A DNA stretch of 64,000 nt from Adineta vaga (taxonomy: Eukaryota > Animalia > Rotifera). Where the stretch lies: assembly GCA_021613535.1 (NCBI GenBank), contig CP075495.1, forward strand, positions 3,968,001 to 4,032,000, given 5' to 3'. Shown here in pieces: positions 22,152 through 35,605 of this stretch. The position numbers and the translations under genes were made by a program. Each line of letters opens with the position of its first letter. The first letter of the stretch is position 1. The notes beneath the pieces are model-generated. The model made no database searches and had not been told where the DNA came from. It saw nothing but the letters and a program-made list of their open reading frames with translations.

Positions 22152-25100
22152 TTAGAAATGAATACGAGCAAGAACGAAAAGACAAAAAATCAGAATATTA
22201 TATGTCATATGAATTGATGTACTACTAGATGTTGTAGTTGGTGGATTTGTTATTCGGGATGTCGTTGGACTACCTGTTGTTGGACTACTTGTTGTGACAG
22301 AGCCAGTTGTTGTTGTTGTTGGACTACCTGTTGTTGGACTACTTGTTGTGACAGAGCCAGTTGTTGTTGTTGTTGGACTACCTGTTGTTGGACTACTTGT
22401 TGTGACAGAGCCAGTTGATGAGGTGGTACTACCAGTTGCTGTAGTGGTGCTAACACCTGGTCGAGTACTTGTGCTAGTTGTTGCCGTGGAACTTCTGGTT
22501 GTAGAACTTGCGGAAACTGTTGAAGTTGTTGGCCGTGAAGTTGTCGTGCAACTTGGCAGTGTTGTTGTAGTATTTGGATAGAAGATAGCTACGTCATCTA
22601 TAGTAACAGTGAATTGTTCTCGGATCTAAATAAAGTGAGCAAATGTTTTTGAATGCGAACAAATAAAAACTTACTTCATTAAATACTGTTGGTCGTGAAC
22701 AATCATCAGCACGACAGAATAAATCGATTTCCCATAATTCTACGGGTCGTCCAATACAATCAAGATATAGAATACCTTCCATGTCAATTCGATGTGGATC
22801 AATACTAAAAATTTCAGAATCGGGTGGTCCACAGAATGATTGATAACATTGTTCATTAGTATCTGGGTCACTATATAGATCTGATACAAGACAAGTTGTA
22901 TTGCATGCTTCAATAGGACATCGACCAGGATCAAGAAAATCAAGTGTGCCACATTGAGCTGCATCAGGACATTCATGACAATCACGTACAGGTTGGCCAG
23001 TACCTAAAACATTGTTATTCAACCATTCATCGGGTAATCGCATTTGAAAACTTTCAGGCATATGTGATATGTATTTGGGTTCATTACAATAATCCCAATT
23101 ACATCCATAAATAACCATATTCGTTCTTGTACTCCATTGTAGTAGTGTCACTATATATAATGGATTCTTCTACTAATAAATAAGGAAACGTACGTATATA
23201 GACACGAGTTGAATTTCGATCAATATGTTCTAAAGTAATAGCACTAGCATCACCATAATTTTCTCGGATAATTGTGCAATAAGTTGTTTTAGCATCAGCT
23301 ACTGTGAATTTATCGCACGGCCAATTTGGTTCATCATAATAGTAACAATCATAACAGATACGTTGAGGTTCAATTGACACAAGACTATCATTGAAAATTT
23401 GAGGAAGATTATTTGTTTGTGTTGTTAGATTTCCGCGAAGTTCATCGAAAATTTCTGGTCGAGAACAATCATCAGCACGACAATAAACATCAATTTCCCA
23501 TAATTCTACTACGTTTTGATTGTCTGCATAGATAATACCTTCTAATTCTACACGATGTCGATCTTCTTCAAAATCAACATCTGGTGGATTGCAATATGAT
23601 TGATAACATAATAGATCATCATCTGGATTATTGAATGTATCCGAGACAACACAAGTTGTGTTACATGATTTGATTGGACATCGACTAGCATCAAGAAAAC
23701 TTTCTGTACCACATTGAGGTGCATCAGGACACTCATGACAATCACGTGCAGGTTGACCAGTACCTAAAACGTTTGTATTTAACCATTCATCACTTAAAGT
23801 CATTTTGAAGCGTCAGGAATGAATGGAACACGACTTGGATGATTACATAAACTTGTATTGCAACCATAAATAACAATATTACTTCGTATCCACCATTTTC
23901 CTGTTGTTTCATTTTGAAGTATTGATTCTTCTGCCAGTATAAAAGGAAATTTACGAATATAAACACGTGTCGAATTGCGATCAATATGTTCTAAATCAAT
24001 TGTAAAATGAGTTTCATAGTTGATACGTATAATCGTACAATAGGATGAATATGCTCCTGATACTTTAACTGTATCACAAGTACAATTTGGATTATCATAA
24101 CATGCACATTCGTAACATGCAAGTTGTGGTTCAGCAGGTGGAGTTGGTGTTGTAGTTACAGTTGGTGTAGTTGTTGTTTGTGTGGTTGTTATGTTAAAGA
24201 ATGGTGATAAATCAACTTGATCGACAGTAAGTTGTGCTTGAAGTTCTTTGAAGATTTCTGGTCGAGAACAATCATCAGCACGACAGTAGAGATCAACTTC
24301 CCAAAGTTCAAGTTGAGCATTTACACGATTACCATATATGATGCCTTCGATTTCTACACGATGAGTATCAATTTGATAGTCTTCAGTATCAGGTGGTGCA
24401 CAGAATGATTGATAACATTGTTCATCAACAGATGGATCATTAAATGTATCGAAAACAAGACAAGTTGTATTACATGATTTGATTGGACATCGACCAGGAT
24501 CAAGAAAATCCGTTGTACCACATTGAGGTGCCTCAGGACACTCATGACAATCACGTACAGGTAGACCAGTACCTAGAATATTGTTATTCAACCATTCATC
24601 GGGTAGACGCATTCGAAAATTTGCTGGAAGAGATGGTACAAGTCGCGGATCATTACAGAAATCTGTATTGCAACCATAAATAATTAAATTTGGTCGAGTT
24701 ATCCATAGACTAGTTCCTTCATTATATAAAATTGATTCTTCAACAATCATATACGGAAATTCTCTAATATAAACACGGGTGGAATTTTGATCAATATGTT
24801 CTAAAATAATCCAAGTATCTTGTCCATCATATTCACGAATAATTGTGCAATAAGTTGTATTATCTGGTAATGCTAAAGTTTTATTACATGCACAAACAGG
24901 ATCATCAACACAATAACAATCATAACAGTGAAGTTGACCTGGATTACCTACAACTGTATTATTGAAGAAGACAGAGAGATTACCTTGTTTTACTGTTAGT
25001 TGATTTTCAATTTCTTTAAATATTTCTGGACGTGTACAATTTTCAACTTGACAATATACATAGGTTTCCCACAATTCCACCTTGTCTGGATGACTAGGAT

Positions 25101-27380
25101 AAACAATGCCTATAACTTCTACACGATAGTAATCCACAGAAAATTCAGAACTATCCGGTACACAATATGATACATAACATTGTTCATTGTTTTCTGGATC
25201 ACTATAAATATTTGAAGCAAAACAAGTTGTATTACAAGTTTGTATCGGACAAGTACTACCATTAGTAATACCTTGTTCAGTACAGATTGCACCACTAGGA
25301 CATACAGACAAGTTAATTCAGATTGTCCGTTGCTCATCAAACTTGAATTTAACCACGTTTCAGGTAATGTCATCTCTAAAGCGGTTGGTAGGTACGTAAG
25401 GAGAGAAGGTTTATTACAATAATCCACATTACATGCATAAATAATCTCGTTTGTTCTTGTAAACCATTTACCCGTTTGATTATCAAACAAAATTGCTTCT
25501 TCGACAAGAACATATGGAAGTTCACGAACATTTGAATACGAATCAGTAATGTCAGCATGTTGAAAATAAACATAAACATTGCTACCATCATAAGTACGTG
25601 TGAGTGTACAATAAGTTGTGCCTGCATCTTCTATTGATATTGTTTCACATACACAGTCGACTCCACCTTCACAATAACAATCAAAACATCGAAGTTTTTT
25701 TCCACCACTCGATTGATTGAATAAATATGTTAAATCACCGGGTTGATAGAGAAGGTTTTCTCGTAGTTCTGTGAAGATTTCTGGTCGAGAACAATCATCA
25801 GCACGACAATAAACATCAATTTCCCATATTTCAAGATCTGATGCACGATTAGCATAGACGATACCTTCGATTTCTACACGATGAGTATCAATATGAACAA
25901 TTTCTGAATCTTCTGGTGCACAAAATGATTGATAACATAAGAGACCATTAGCCGGATCATTGAAAGAATCTGAAACAAGACATGTTGTATTACATGATTT
26001 GATTGGACATCGACCAGGATCAAGAAAATCCGTTGTACCACATTGAGGTGCATCAGGACATTCATGACAATCACGTACAGATTGACCAGTTCCAAGTATA
26101 CTTGAATTTAACCATGCTTCTGGTAAACGCATTTGAAAACTATTTGGTAAATAATATAGAAGATCTGGTGAATTACATAAACTTGTATTACATCCAAAAA
26201 CAACACGATCATTTTGAGTATCCCATCGACCTGTGTTTTCGTCATAAATAATTGATTCTTCAGCTAATACAAATGGATATTCACTTATATAAACATGAGT
26301 CGAATTTTCAACCACATGTCCAAAATCAATAGATGTAAATTGTCCGTAATTTTGACGTATAATTGAACAATAACTATCATCTGCCGAAATAACTTCATAA
26401 GTTGTACATGGACAAACTGTTCCAATGCATGAACAATTGTAACAAGTTAGTGGATTAGTTGGCGCTGTTGATGTTGTAGATGGTGGTGATGGTGTTGTAG
26501 ATGGACGAGTAACTGGAAAATCAATGATACCACTAACAACACCTGAAAGTAATTCATTAACTTCTTGAAAAATACTTGGACGTGTACAATTTTCAGCAGC
26601 ACAATTGATATTTAATTCCCAGATTTCAAAATTTGAACGATTCTGTGCTAAATAAACAATAGCTTCAACTTGAACTTTATATTTTTCATTTGCATCATTA
26701 AATTCATCGACCATTTCTGATGGTGTACATTGTGATTGATAACATAATTCATTAGTATCAACATCATGCCATAAATCATACAATGAACACTAAAAAGAAC
26801 AACTTATAGTATAACACATATTTCAAAAGAATATCGTTATATTTACTGTAGTCGCATTATCACAAGACTTAAATGGACATTGATCATAATCGATCGAATG
26901 TGTTGCATTACTACATATCGCAGTTGAACAATCATTACAGCTAGTTGTTGATCCAGTTCCATAAATATTGTCAGTTAACCAAGATGCATCAATAGTTAAT
27001 TGAAATGATTGTGGTAAAGATGCAATCATTTCATATTTATTACAAAAATCCCAATCACAACCATGTACAACATGTTTCGTTTGTTTATCCCATGTAGTAG
27101 TTGTTTCATTATAATATATAGCTTCATCTACTATAATATAATATGGATCTTTTATCCGTACATACGACGTATTCAGAGCAGCTGATGATAATTCAATATA
27201 TGGATTAGATGTATGTAAATCTTCGACAATGGTACAATGAGAACCATCTTCAACGTCGATGATAGTACCACAATCACAAGCAGTTGTATTTGCTGGTTGA
27301 CAATAACATTTGTAGCAAACAAGACCAGTACTAGGTGCTATCGAAAGTAGCAGGATGAACAAAATCCAATGATTTTTCAT
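22152..27380 (-). CDS. Large secreted, putatively GPI-anchored Cys-rich repeat protein A: six ~240-aa double Ly6/uPAR-like modules, Thr/Ser stalk, hydrophobic tail; three apparent frameshifts (~25307, ~23810, ~23140)
   Basis: Signal peptide MKNHWILFILLLSIAPSTG. Repeated L.CY.C.C...GC..D.CN and CHECP...CRADDCS modules. Introns at 26846-26790 and 22674-22626. The last exon is a mucin-like stalk ending ...NILIFCLFVLARIHF*. Confidence 0.8.
22265..22417. repeat. 51-bp tandem repeat, about 3 copies, encoding TTGSVTTSSPTTGSPTT in the mucin stalk of gene A
   Basis: Near-perfect repeats of gttggactacctgttgttggactacttgttgtgacagagccagttgttgtt are directly visible. Confidence 0.9.
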
Positions 27381-29112
27381 AACCGAAAGATGCTACAAAC
27401 TAGCTTTGAGTTGTATAATTTCGAATGAAAGCAGAAAGATATAATTCCGGAAGATTTTTATAGATGTTGTATTTTGTTACTACGCATTTTTATAATATAA
27501 AACTCATAAAAATCTTTCGTTAAGCTTGAGTCTTGTCCATAATAATCAGACCATATAACATTTTCTATTTAATAAAAGACATATTCACGAAAGTAACAAT
27601 GGTAAATAACTTCTATTATCAAATTATTTTATTGACAGAAGTTTCTATATCATATAATCGTCAACAGGCTATTTCATTTCATAAGGAGTCAATATCTTTT
27701 CGAAAAACAAGAGCTTTTACAGTTGTCATAAACTCGATTTCGATGTATTCATTTGAAATTTTTGTTGGTACTTTTCAAGAATCTATTGATCTGATAAGAA
27801 ATGAAAAACATGACTTCCAAAAGACTTTTTCAAGGACATAAAAAAATAGATTTTGCGTAACGTCATGATTATTTGAAAGTAATTTCGAAAGATATCAATA
27901 ATATTTGAGTATAAATGTTGATTTATGTACAATTAAAAACAATTTGTATGAAGCAGAGATAAACTCAATTTTGGTTTTAAATCAAATTAATTCAATGTAA
28001 AATATTGTATAGATATGATTCCAAAATAAATAAATCAAATAAACATCCTACACATTTTTCAAATAGCAGTCGACGTATCTACATATTTTATTTGATTTTT
28101 TCGTCTTAGAAGAACATCAAACAAAAAAATTTCTCAACAACATAATTAGTTTATTAAAAAATGTGCGTACGAAAACTCACATTTTTTGAATTTGTTATAT
28201 AATTAAAAGGAATCTTATCATACAGAAAGACCTTCTATTATGAGCAAGAAATTAATGTATTTCATTCTTAACAAGCTGTCTAAAATAAATAAATAAAGAT
28301 AAGAGAATTCAAAGAAAGATCGCGTATGTTTGATTATCTTTAGTTGACTTATGAAAAACCTGAAGCATACTCATTTCTTATATGAAATTTTATCGAATGG
28401 AAGAATCGGATGATTATAGATGGACTTCGAAGAAACGAATGAATTCTTAGGTCAGCTCCGGCATTCTAGTACTACTATTTTCCATAAACAACAATCGAAA
28501 ACTTCACTGTTTACTAAGCTATATATACTTAGTGTAGATTCGCCTTTTGAATGGTAAAACTCTCAAAAACTTTTCTTCCGCATACGAATAAACAAAATTA
28601 TACCTCAAATTGTGTCGATTATTATTTATGTATATATGCAAATTACATGCAAGCTTCAATGAATCAGTCAATGTTCAAATAAGAGTATCTTTTATGTCTT
28701 TTTGTCATTAAGGTAATACAATTCTATTAATTGAAAAGAGATTTGACCATATATCTGCTACTTTTCTACATCAAGATGGGTTGTGAATAGTATATTCTTG
28801 AATAAATGAACTAATTGATCGGTTTTCATAAAACATGAGAGTATTATGATATTTTGTTCGATCTACGTTGCATGAAAGAATACGATGAACTTTTTCATGA
28901 TTGTATAACACAGTATGCGATATTGAACGATTTCTTAAAAAAGAAATAATTTCATTATATAAATTTGATTGAAAAATTTATTAAAAATTAAAGATAAAAA
29001 ATAAGAATGAAGAAAATCATCAAAAAAAGAAATCATATCGACTGGAATTTCATAGTCATTCTATGTCGGTAATTGAAAAAAAGACAGAAGAAAGTTTCAC
29101 GAAAATGGTTAA

Positions 29113-31787
29113 TCAATGAAAACTGAATAGAAAAATCGATACTAGTAGTACCAAATAGATGTTAAAATATGTTAAAACTGATGCTTTCGATGTTGTTGTA
29201 GCTCCTGGTACGGTAGAAGTCATACTTGACGGGTTCGTTGATGGTTTTGTTGATGTCGATGTCGAGGCTGATGTTGATGTAGTCTGATCGAAAGGACTAA
29301 GATCACCAGGATCAACAGTAAGTATAGTTTTCAACTAAAATAGTTTATGATTATAGATAGTTTTCATAAAAATGTTCATCAAAGTAATTACTTCAGTAAA
29401 TATTTCTGGTCGAGAACAATCATCAGCACGACAGTAGAGATCAATTTCCCATATTTCTACTTCACGTGATGGCTTATGAAGATATACTATACCTTCGATT
29501 TCTACACGATGAGTATCAATTTGATAGTCTTCAGTATCAGGTGGTGCACAGAATGATTGATAACATTGTTCATCAACAGATGGATCATTAAATGTATCGA
29601 AAACAAGACATGTTGTATTACATGATTTGATTGGACATCGACCAGGATCAAGAAAATCCGTTGTACCACATTGAGGTCCCTCAGGACACTCGTGACAATC
29701 ACGTACAGGTTGACCAGTGCCTAAAACATTGGTATTCAACCATGAATCTGGTAAACGCATTTTGAAAGTATTAGGCAAATATGGAATAAGACTAGGATGA
29801 TTGCAATAATCCCAATCACATCCATAAACAACAAAATTAGTGATTGTATTCCATCGTTGCAATTGTTCATCATATATAATTGATTCTTCAACAAGTAGAT
29901 AAGGAAAATCACGAATATGTACGCGAGTAGAATCTTGATCAAGATGTCCTAATGTAATCCATGTAGATTGACCATAATTTTCACGCATAAGTAAACAATA
30001 TGTTTCATTTGAATTCATAATTGTTGTTCGATTACATGGACAATCAGGTTTATTATAACAATAGCAATCATAACATCGACGTTGTGGAATATTTGGATCA
30101 TGTGTTTCATTGAATAATGCCGAGAGTGTACCTGGCTGAACAGTTAATTGTTCATGAAGTTCTTTAAATATTCCTGGACGTGAACAATCATCTGCACGAC
30201 AATAGATGTCAACTTCCCATAAATGAACAACATCCTGACGACTAGCATAAATAATACCTTCAATTTCAATACGATGACGATCTAATTGATAATCTTCTGT
30301 ATCAGGTGGAAGACAAAATGATTGATAACATAAATAATCATATTCAGGATCATCGTATGTATCTAAAACTAGACAAGTTGTATTACATGATTGAATTGGA
30401 CATGTGTTTGCATCAAGAAAATCAGTTTCACCACATTGAGCTTCATCTGGACATTCATGACAGTTACGTACAGGTAGACCACTACCGAGTACACTTGAAT
30501 TTAACCATGCTTCTGGTAAACCATTTGGAAACTGTTTGGTAATAGTGGTATAAGACTAGCTTTATTACATAGATTCCAATTACATCCATAAACAACAAAA
30601 TTTGTTGTCGTAAACCATATACCTGTTTTTTCATTATAATCAATTGTTTCTTCAATAAGTGCATAAGGAAATTCTTGAATATACATAAATGTTGCATCTA
30701 ATTCAAGATAATCAGCATATATGTAAGTTTCTTGTCCAAAATTTTCTCGTACTATAATACAATAAGTATAATCAAGTGAACTAACGACCATTGATGAACA
30801 GTCACATGTTTGTTCATCAAAACAATCACAACTATAACATCGAAGTGGATTTTGAATTGGTGTTGTTGTAGTTGATGGTGCTTGTGTTGTTGATGGACGA
30901 GTAATTGGATAGTTAGATAAATCACCAATTTCAAGTGTCATTTGCTGTGCTATTTCTTGAAAAATCGTTGGTCGAGTACAATTCATTACAGAACAATAAA
31001 CATCTATTTCCCAAATATCATATTTTGAACGATCTTGTGCTAAATAAACAACTGATTCAACATCAACTCGAAATTTACCACCATAAAGTTCACCAAATTC
31101 TCCATCTAAATATTCCGGTGCGCATTGAGCTTGTATACATTGTTCACCTGTATCAACATTATTCCAAAGATCATAGGCTAAGCACTAAATATCAATAAAA
31201 GAAAGATAAATTCGAATTATCTTATTCACAATATAAATAAGTTTATATTACCGAAGTTATATTTCCACATGATGTCAATGGACATTGACTAAAATCACTA
31301 GGATTAGTGCATTACCGCATACTTCTGTATCACAATGGATGCAACTTGAGACAGAACCAGTACCGTATATGTTTGTATTTAGCCATGCCGTACTAATATT
31401 TAATTTGAATGAATTTGGTAGTGCGCTTATAAGATCAGGACTATTACAACGATCCCAATCACATCCAAAGACAACACTACTGGTCCATAAAAACCATTGT
31501 TGAGTTGTACGATTATATCTAATAGATTCTTGTGTTAAAACATAGTATGGATCTTCAATATACACCCAACTTGCATTACGTGGAACTCGATTTAATTGAA
31601 TATATGTTGTATCAGTATATCTTTGTTCCAAAATAACACAATAATCATTTTCTGTTGAACTTGTTATTACATCACAATTGCATGAAGTTATATCACTTTG
31701 ATCACATCCACATTCATAACAATCAAGACTACTACAAGGTATGATTGATACCAAGAGTAATAGAACTAAACTTCGAATGATAATCAT
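29113..31787 (-). CDS. Paralogous GPI-anchored Cys-rich repeat protein B: three double Ly6/uPAR-like modules, short S/T stalk; two apparent frameshifts (~31308, ~30521)
   Basis: Signal peptide MIIIRSLVLLLLVSIIPCSS then LDCYECGC. Same modules and same two intron positions as gene A (31251-31185, 29391-29335). C-terminus ...TTTSKASVLTYFNIYLVLLVSIFLFSFH* looks like a GPI signal. Confidence 0.8.
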
Positions 31788-32331
31788 TCGTAACAATGAA
31801 TCGAAACTAAACGTTGATTGAAACAAAAAAGACTTTGCATATATATGTTTCTTTTTTTTATCTACTGTTTTTACTATCAATAAATTCATAAAAAAAATCT
31901 TGAATAATCCACTTAGCTTTGTTGGCAACGAAGATTGTATAATACTCTATACCAGTTGTAAAATAATTCATTTGAGATTATCTCGAACTTCTGTTGTGAC
32001 AACCAAATAGATTCGATCGGTAGGGACATTATCTAACTGTATTGTTGGATATAAGATTATTTTGAATATTTTTCTTTCAAATAGAAAAATAATGATTCAC
32101 AAATTATCTAGATAATTGTAAGTTAAAATTTATGTAAATTTATCAGAACAAGGTCTCTCTTTTTTTTTCGAATAACATAATAAACAGATTCCTAAAATTC
32201 TTTTTAAAAAAATATGACTTCGCCTTTTTCTTAAACGGTATACTCTTTTCTACAAGTACTTGATCTGTAGAAAGACTTCATAATAAAATCTTTATCTATA
32301 TAATGGAGAGAAACGTATATACTGTTTACCG

Positions 32332-32358
<27 letters not shown>
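32332..32358. repeat. (TA)n microsatellite
   Basis: Direct TA run. Confidence 0.9.
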
Positions 32359-32364
<6 letters not shown>

Positions 32365-32563
32365 ATAATACCATCATAAAAATCCGTTCTATAGTTTTGG
32401 AAGATTTTATAAAAAAAAATACAAATCGAATCTACGTAATTGTATGACATTCAATTATTGATTGGATTATCAATAGAAATTCAAGTTTTACAGTTTTAAA
32501 AGATCGTTCTAGTATCTCTACATAAATAATTTATTAATTAAAAATGAATACAAAATATTATTT

Positions 32564-33006
32564 TTATTCAACATGAGGTCGAAACTTTTTCTTCTTTAAT
32601 CCACTTGCTTTAGCAGTTGCACATACTTCTGTTGAATTATTTTTTTTCACGAAAATTAATTTACATGCATCATTGTATGCAACACAACCTGATGGTGGTT
32701 CAACTATGCCCGCAGCAAAACCAAATCCACAACAAATCATAGATTTTGTTGTACATTTACATTCAATACAATCCGGCATAGGCAACTTGAATGATGAACC
32801 AGGCAATACTTTCATATCATTGAATGCACATTGTGTATCAACAGTACCATATTCTAAAATAAAATTGTTGTTTTTTTTTCATTGATTAAAATAAATCATT
32901 TACTTGTCACTTGAGATTTAACTTGTCCTTGAAAACATGCAGATTTAACCGAAACGACGAAAATTATCAATAGAAAGGATAATGAAATCGAGAGATATGA
33001 AATCAT
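32564..33006 (-). CDS. Small secreted beta-microseminoprotein (PSP94/MSMB)-like protein, 2 exons (33006-32904, 32853-32564)
   Basis: Signal peptide, then ACF...QC...DCIECKC....ICC...PPSGC......CKLIFVKKNNSTEVC. The 10-Cys spacing matches the PSP94 family. Confidence 0.72.
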
Positions 33007-33275
33007 TCTCGATGTTTATAATGCGTAAATGTAATACAGATATGAATTCAACACTATCCTGATATTGTTTAAATATATATATATATATGCTTTTTTTCTC
33101 TTTCAAGATATCAGTGATGATAAGAGATAATTGATGAAAAATAGCTTATGTCTTCACAGGAATCTATCAGTACATCCTACTCGTTTATAGAAGATATTTA
33201 TAGATATTAATATATGTTATTGTAAGATCTCTATTTTCACACATGAAATATTTTATTCAAAACAAAGTTGATTTT

Positions 33276-34057
33276 CTATCGAGAAAGACAACGTTCTGGT
33301 ATACATTTCAATGCTTCGAACCAATTGTTATTCGTATGTTTTAAAGTCATTAATATATTATATACTTGATTTAATGATAATACAGGACTTGCATTCGATG
33401 AAAATCTAAACGACAACAATGTGAATATGTTTGAAGTAGAATAGATGAAATTTACTTGAGATATTTTTGTAATGGTAATGATTGATGACGAATTTGTTCG
33501 GCTTGAGCTTTTTCAAAAGTCAATCGTTCTGTTTTAGCTAGATGAATAAGAAAATTGATTTCAAGTTTAATTGGATAAAAGAGTAAAGTACTTTTTTGAA
33601 AGATTCCACCGAGTACATAGATCATATTATGTTCGTATTCATTCATAATATTAGGTGAATCGGGTGAAAGATAAACAAGTGATTCTCGAGGAAATAAATC
33701 CAAATAGGAAAGAGATGTTGTTTGACAATATGGACTATTTCGTAGAGATTTTGCTGATTCATCTGTACATACATTACATAGAATAACAAACGAAGGTGAA
33801 TGATATCGATAGAGTGAAGTAAAACATGAATGAATCTTTAATTGTAAACGTTGATAATAATTTTCATTGGGATTATATTCATTAGAAAATGAACAATCAA
33901 TAACAATATATTCCGTTAGACGAGCAGCGATAGCAAGTTTTGTTTGACGTAATTGTCGTTGCAGATTAGAGAAATGTTCTGGATTACGAAAAATATGAAA
34001 TTGACGAACAGATGATAAACATCGCGAATGAATACGATAATGTATTTGAAATATCAT
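33276..34057 (-). CDS. TRM10-family SPOUT tRNA m1R9 methyltransferase-like (TRMT10C/MRPP1-like), about 3 exons
   Basis: Motifs IVIDCSF, YLDLFPRESLVYLSPDSPN, IYVLGG, LPLQKYL, LSLNQVYNIL and NWFEALKCIPER. The Arg-rich N-terminus resembles a mitochondrial presequence. Confidence 0.78.
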
Positions 34058-35605
34058 GAAATAGGCGAAGAATATTGATAACGATAGTTCTTTCCATCTT
34101 TAGAAAATTTACAATTAGTTAGAAGAAATATTTTGATTTTGGTAAATTTTGATTGGTAAAGACGAATAATCAAAAAATATTCGTAACGTCAGAGTTCACT
34201 AGTGACTAGATGCTGCATTCGATAAGCCACTTTTTTTTTCTTCATTGAGAATGATCTCGTTTCAGATAGAACAATGTATTTATGCAGATATTGGTGTTTA
34301 TTTCATTGATTATATCATGTAAATGATAATTTAATCATGTTGATTGTTTATATTCAGTTCAATTTCAGATTGGTTCTAAATTATCGAAGTTACTAGGAAT
34401 CCATTTTGAGATGACTGTTATCAATGTACTATCTCCTAATGATTATAAAAAGCTTATAGATTTGATTTCATTCCGTATCTAAACAAGTAGATCCATTTTT
34501 GAAAATATTATCATCATTATCATCAAACTGTAATATATCTGAATAGGAAGTTTTATATTACGAACGATAATTTTATTCAAAAATAGAGAAATATGAATAA
34601 ACTATAAATAGAATTAATTGTGTCAAATTGAGACCTAACATGTGTGTCGTAAAGTTTAAATTTCATAGAGTATAAGGGGTCAATTTTTCATCCTCTATTA
34701 AATGTCAAACTTTCATTGACCGTGACAATATACTATTGTCATGAGATTACAATTTACTCGTTTCATTCTTTAGATTTTATATTACATGGTGCAATATTAT
34801 ATGTTTGTAAACGACAGCTCATTTGACAAAAAACAAAATATTAGACTTGTCAATAGAATTCGATTGCGTATTAAGTTAGAGTTATTTAGTAATGAAAATG
34901 AAGGGAGTAAACTGTTTTTATAAAGAAGAACAACTATATACAGACTGATTTTGAAGATATTATCTATTACCAACTTAATATATATGCTTCTATATCGAAA
35001 AGAAGAATGTCTAAAAAATAAAAGATAGTCTATTCAACAAAATATCATTCAGATAAATCATACTGAGGGTTGTAAAGAACATCGGTGCATACAGTAAAAC
35101 ATTTGATAGTAACACTAAGACAGGAAAATCTGCTGTAGAGTTTTGCATTCATTCGAAAACAAAACCAGTACCTCTTCATGATCGTTCTCTGATAAACTCA
35201 AAACAATTTTTTATCAAAAATGTTTCGTGAATTTTGAATTCCATTGTACCGTAAAACATTTCTTCATCATGAAATGAATTATTTTTTATGAAAACAAATG
35301 TCTATTCAAAAACCAGGGTATATGCCGATGCACGTAACGGATCAATAGCATTCATATATCATATGATCTTGATAATTTGAGAAGATCATATTCAATCAAT
35401 CGAAATTTGCTTTACAATCAAACTACTTCGTGATGATCTTTAGATTTTATGCTTCAGCTTTACATAACCTATGGAAATGAAAATCAATCAGTTGTTTTTG
35501 ATAAATTCGATGAAAGTACATCTAGTCGTATATATATATATATATATACACACACAAAGAACCTACCTATAAAAGACTATTCTATCGAATGAAAAACAAT
35601 ATAAC

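Noticed and set aside
22265-22417. Regular repeats that could be mistaken for a CRISPR array
   Set aside because: Head-to-tail coding tandem repeat with no unique spacers and no cas genes, in a eukaryotic context.
22250-22581. ORF-track entries rich in Q/V (22250-22456 minus; 22294-22581 plus)
   Set aside because: These are alternative-frame and antisense shadows of the Thr/Ser stalk repeat of gene A.
27533-28900. ORF 27533-27841 and the surrounding spacer between genes A and B
   Set aside because: Non-ATG start, no recognisable motif or splice pattern; treated as intergenic.
34185-34240. GC-richer stretch ending in a T-run; the minus strand has GGCTTAT, like the start of the bdelloid spliced-leader sequence or a Pol III RNA
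   Set aside because: Similarity stops after 7 nt, and I see no following splice donor, Sm site, tRNA cloverleaf or A/B boxes.
35361-35391. 10-bp inverted repeat (atatgatctt...aagatcatat)
   Set aside because: Short and AT-rich, plausible by chance, with no TSD or transposase nearby.
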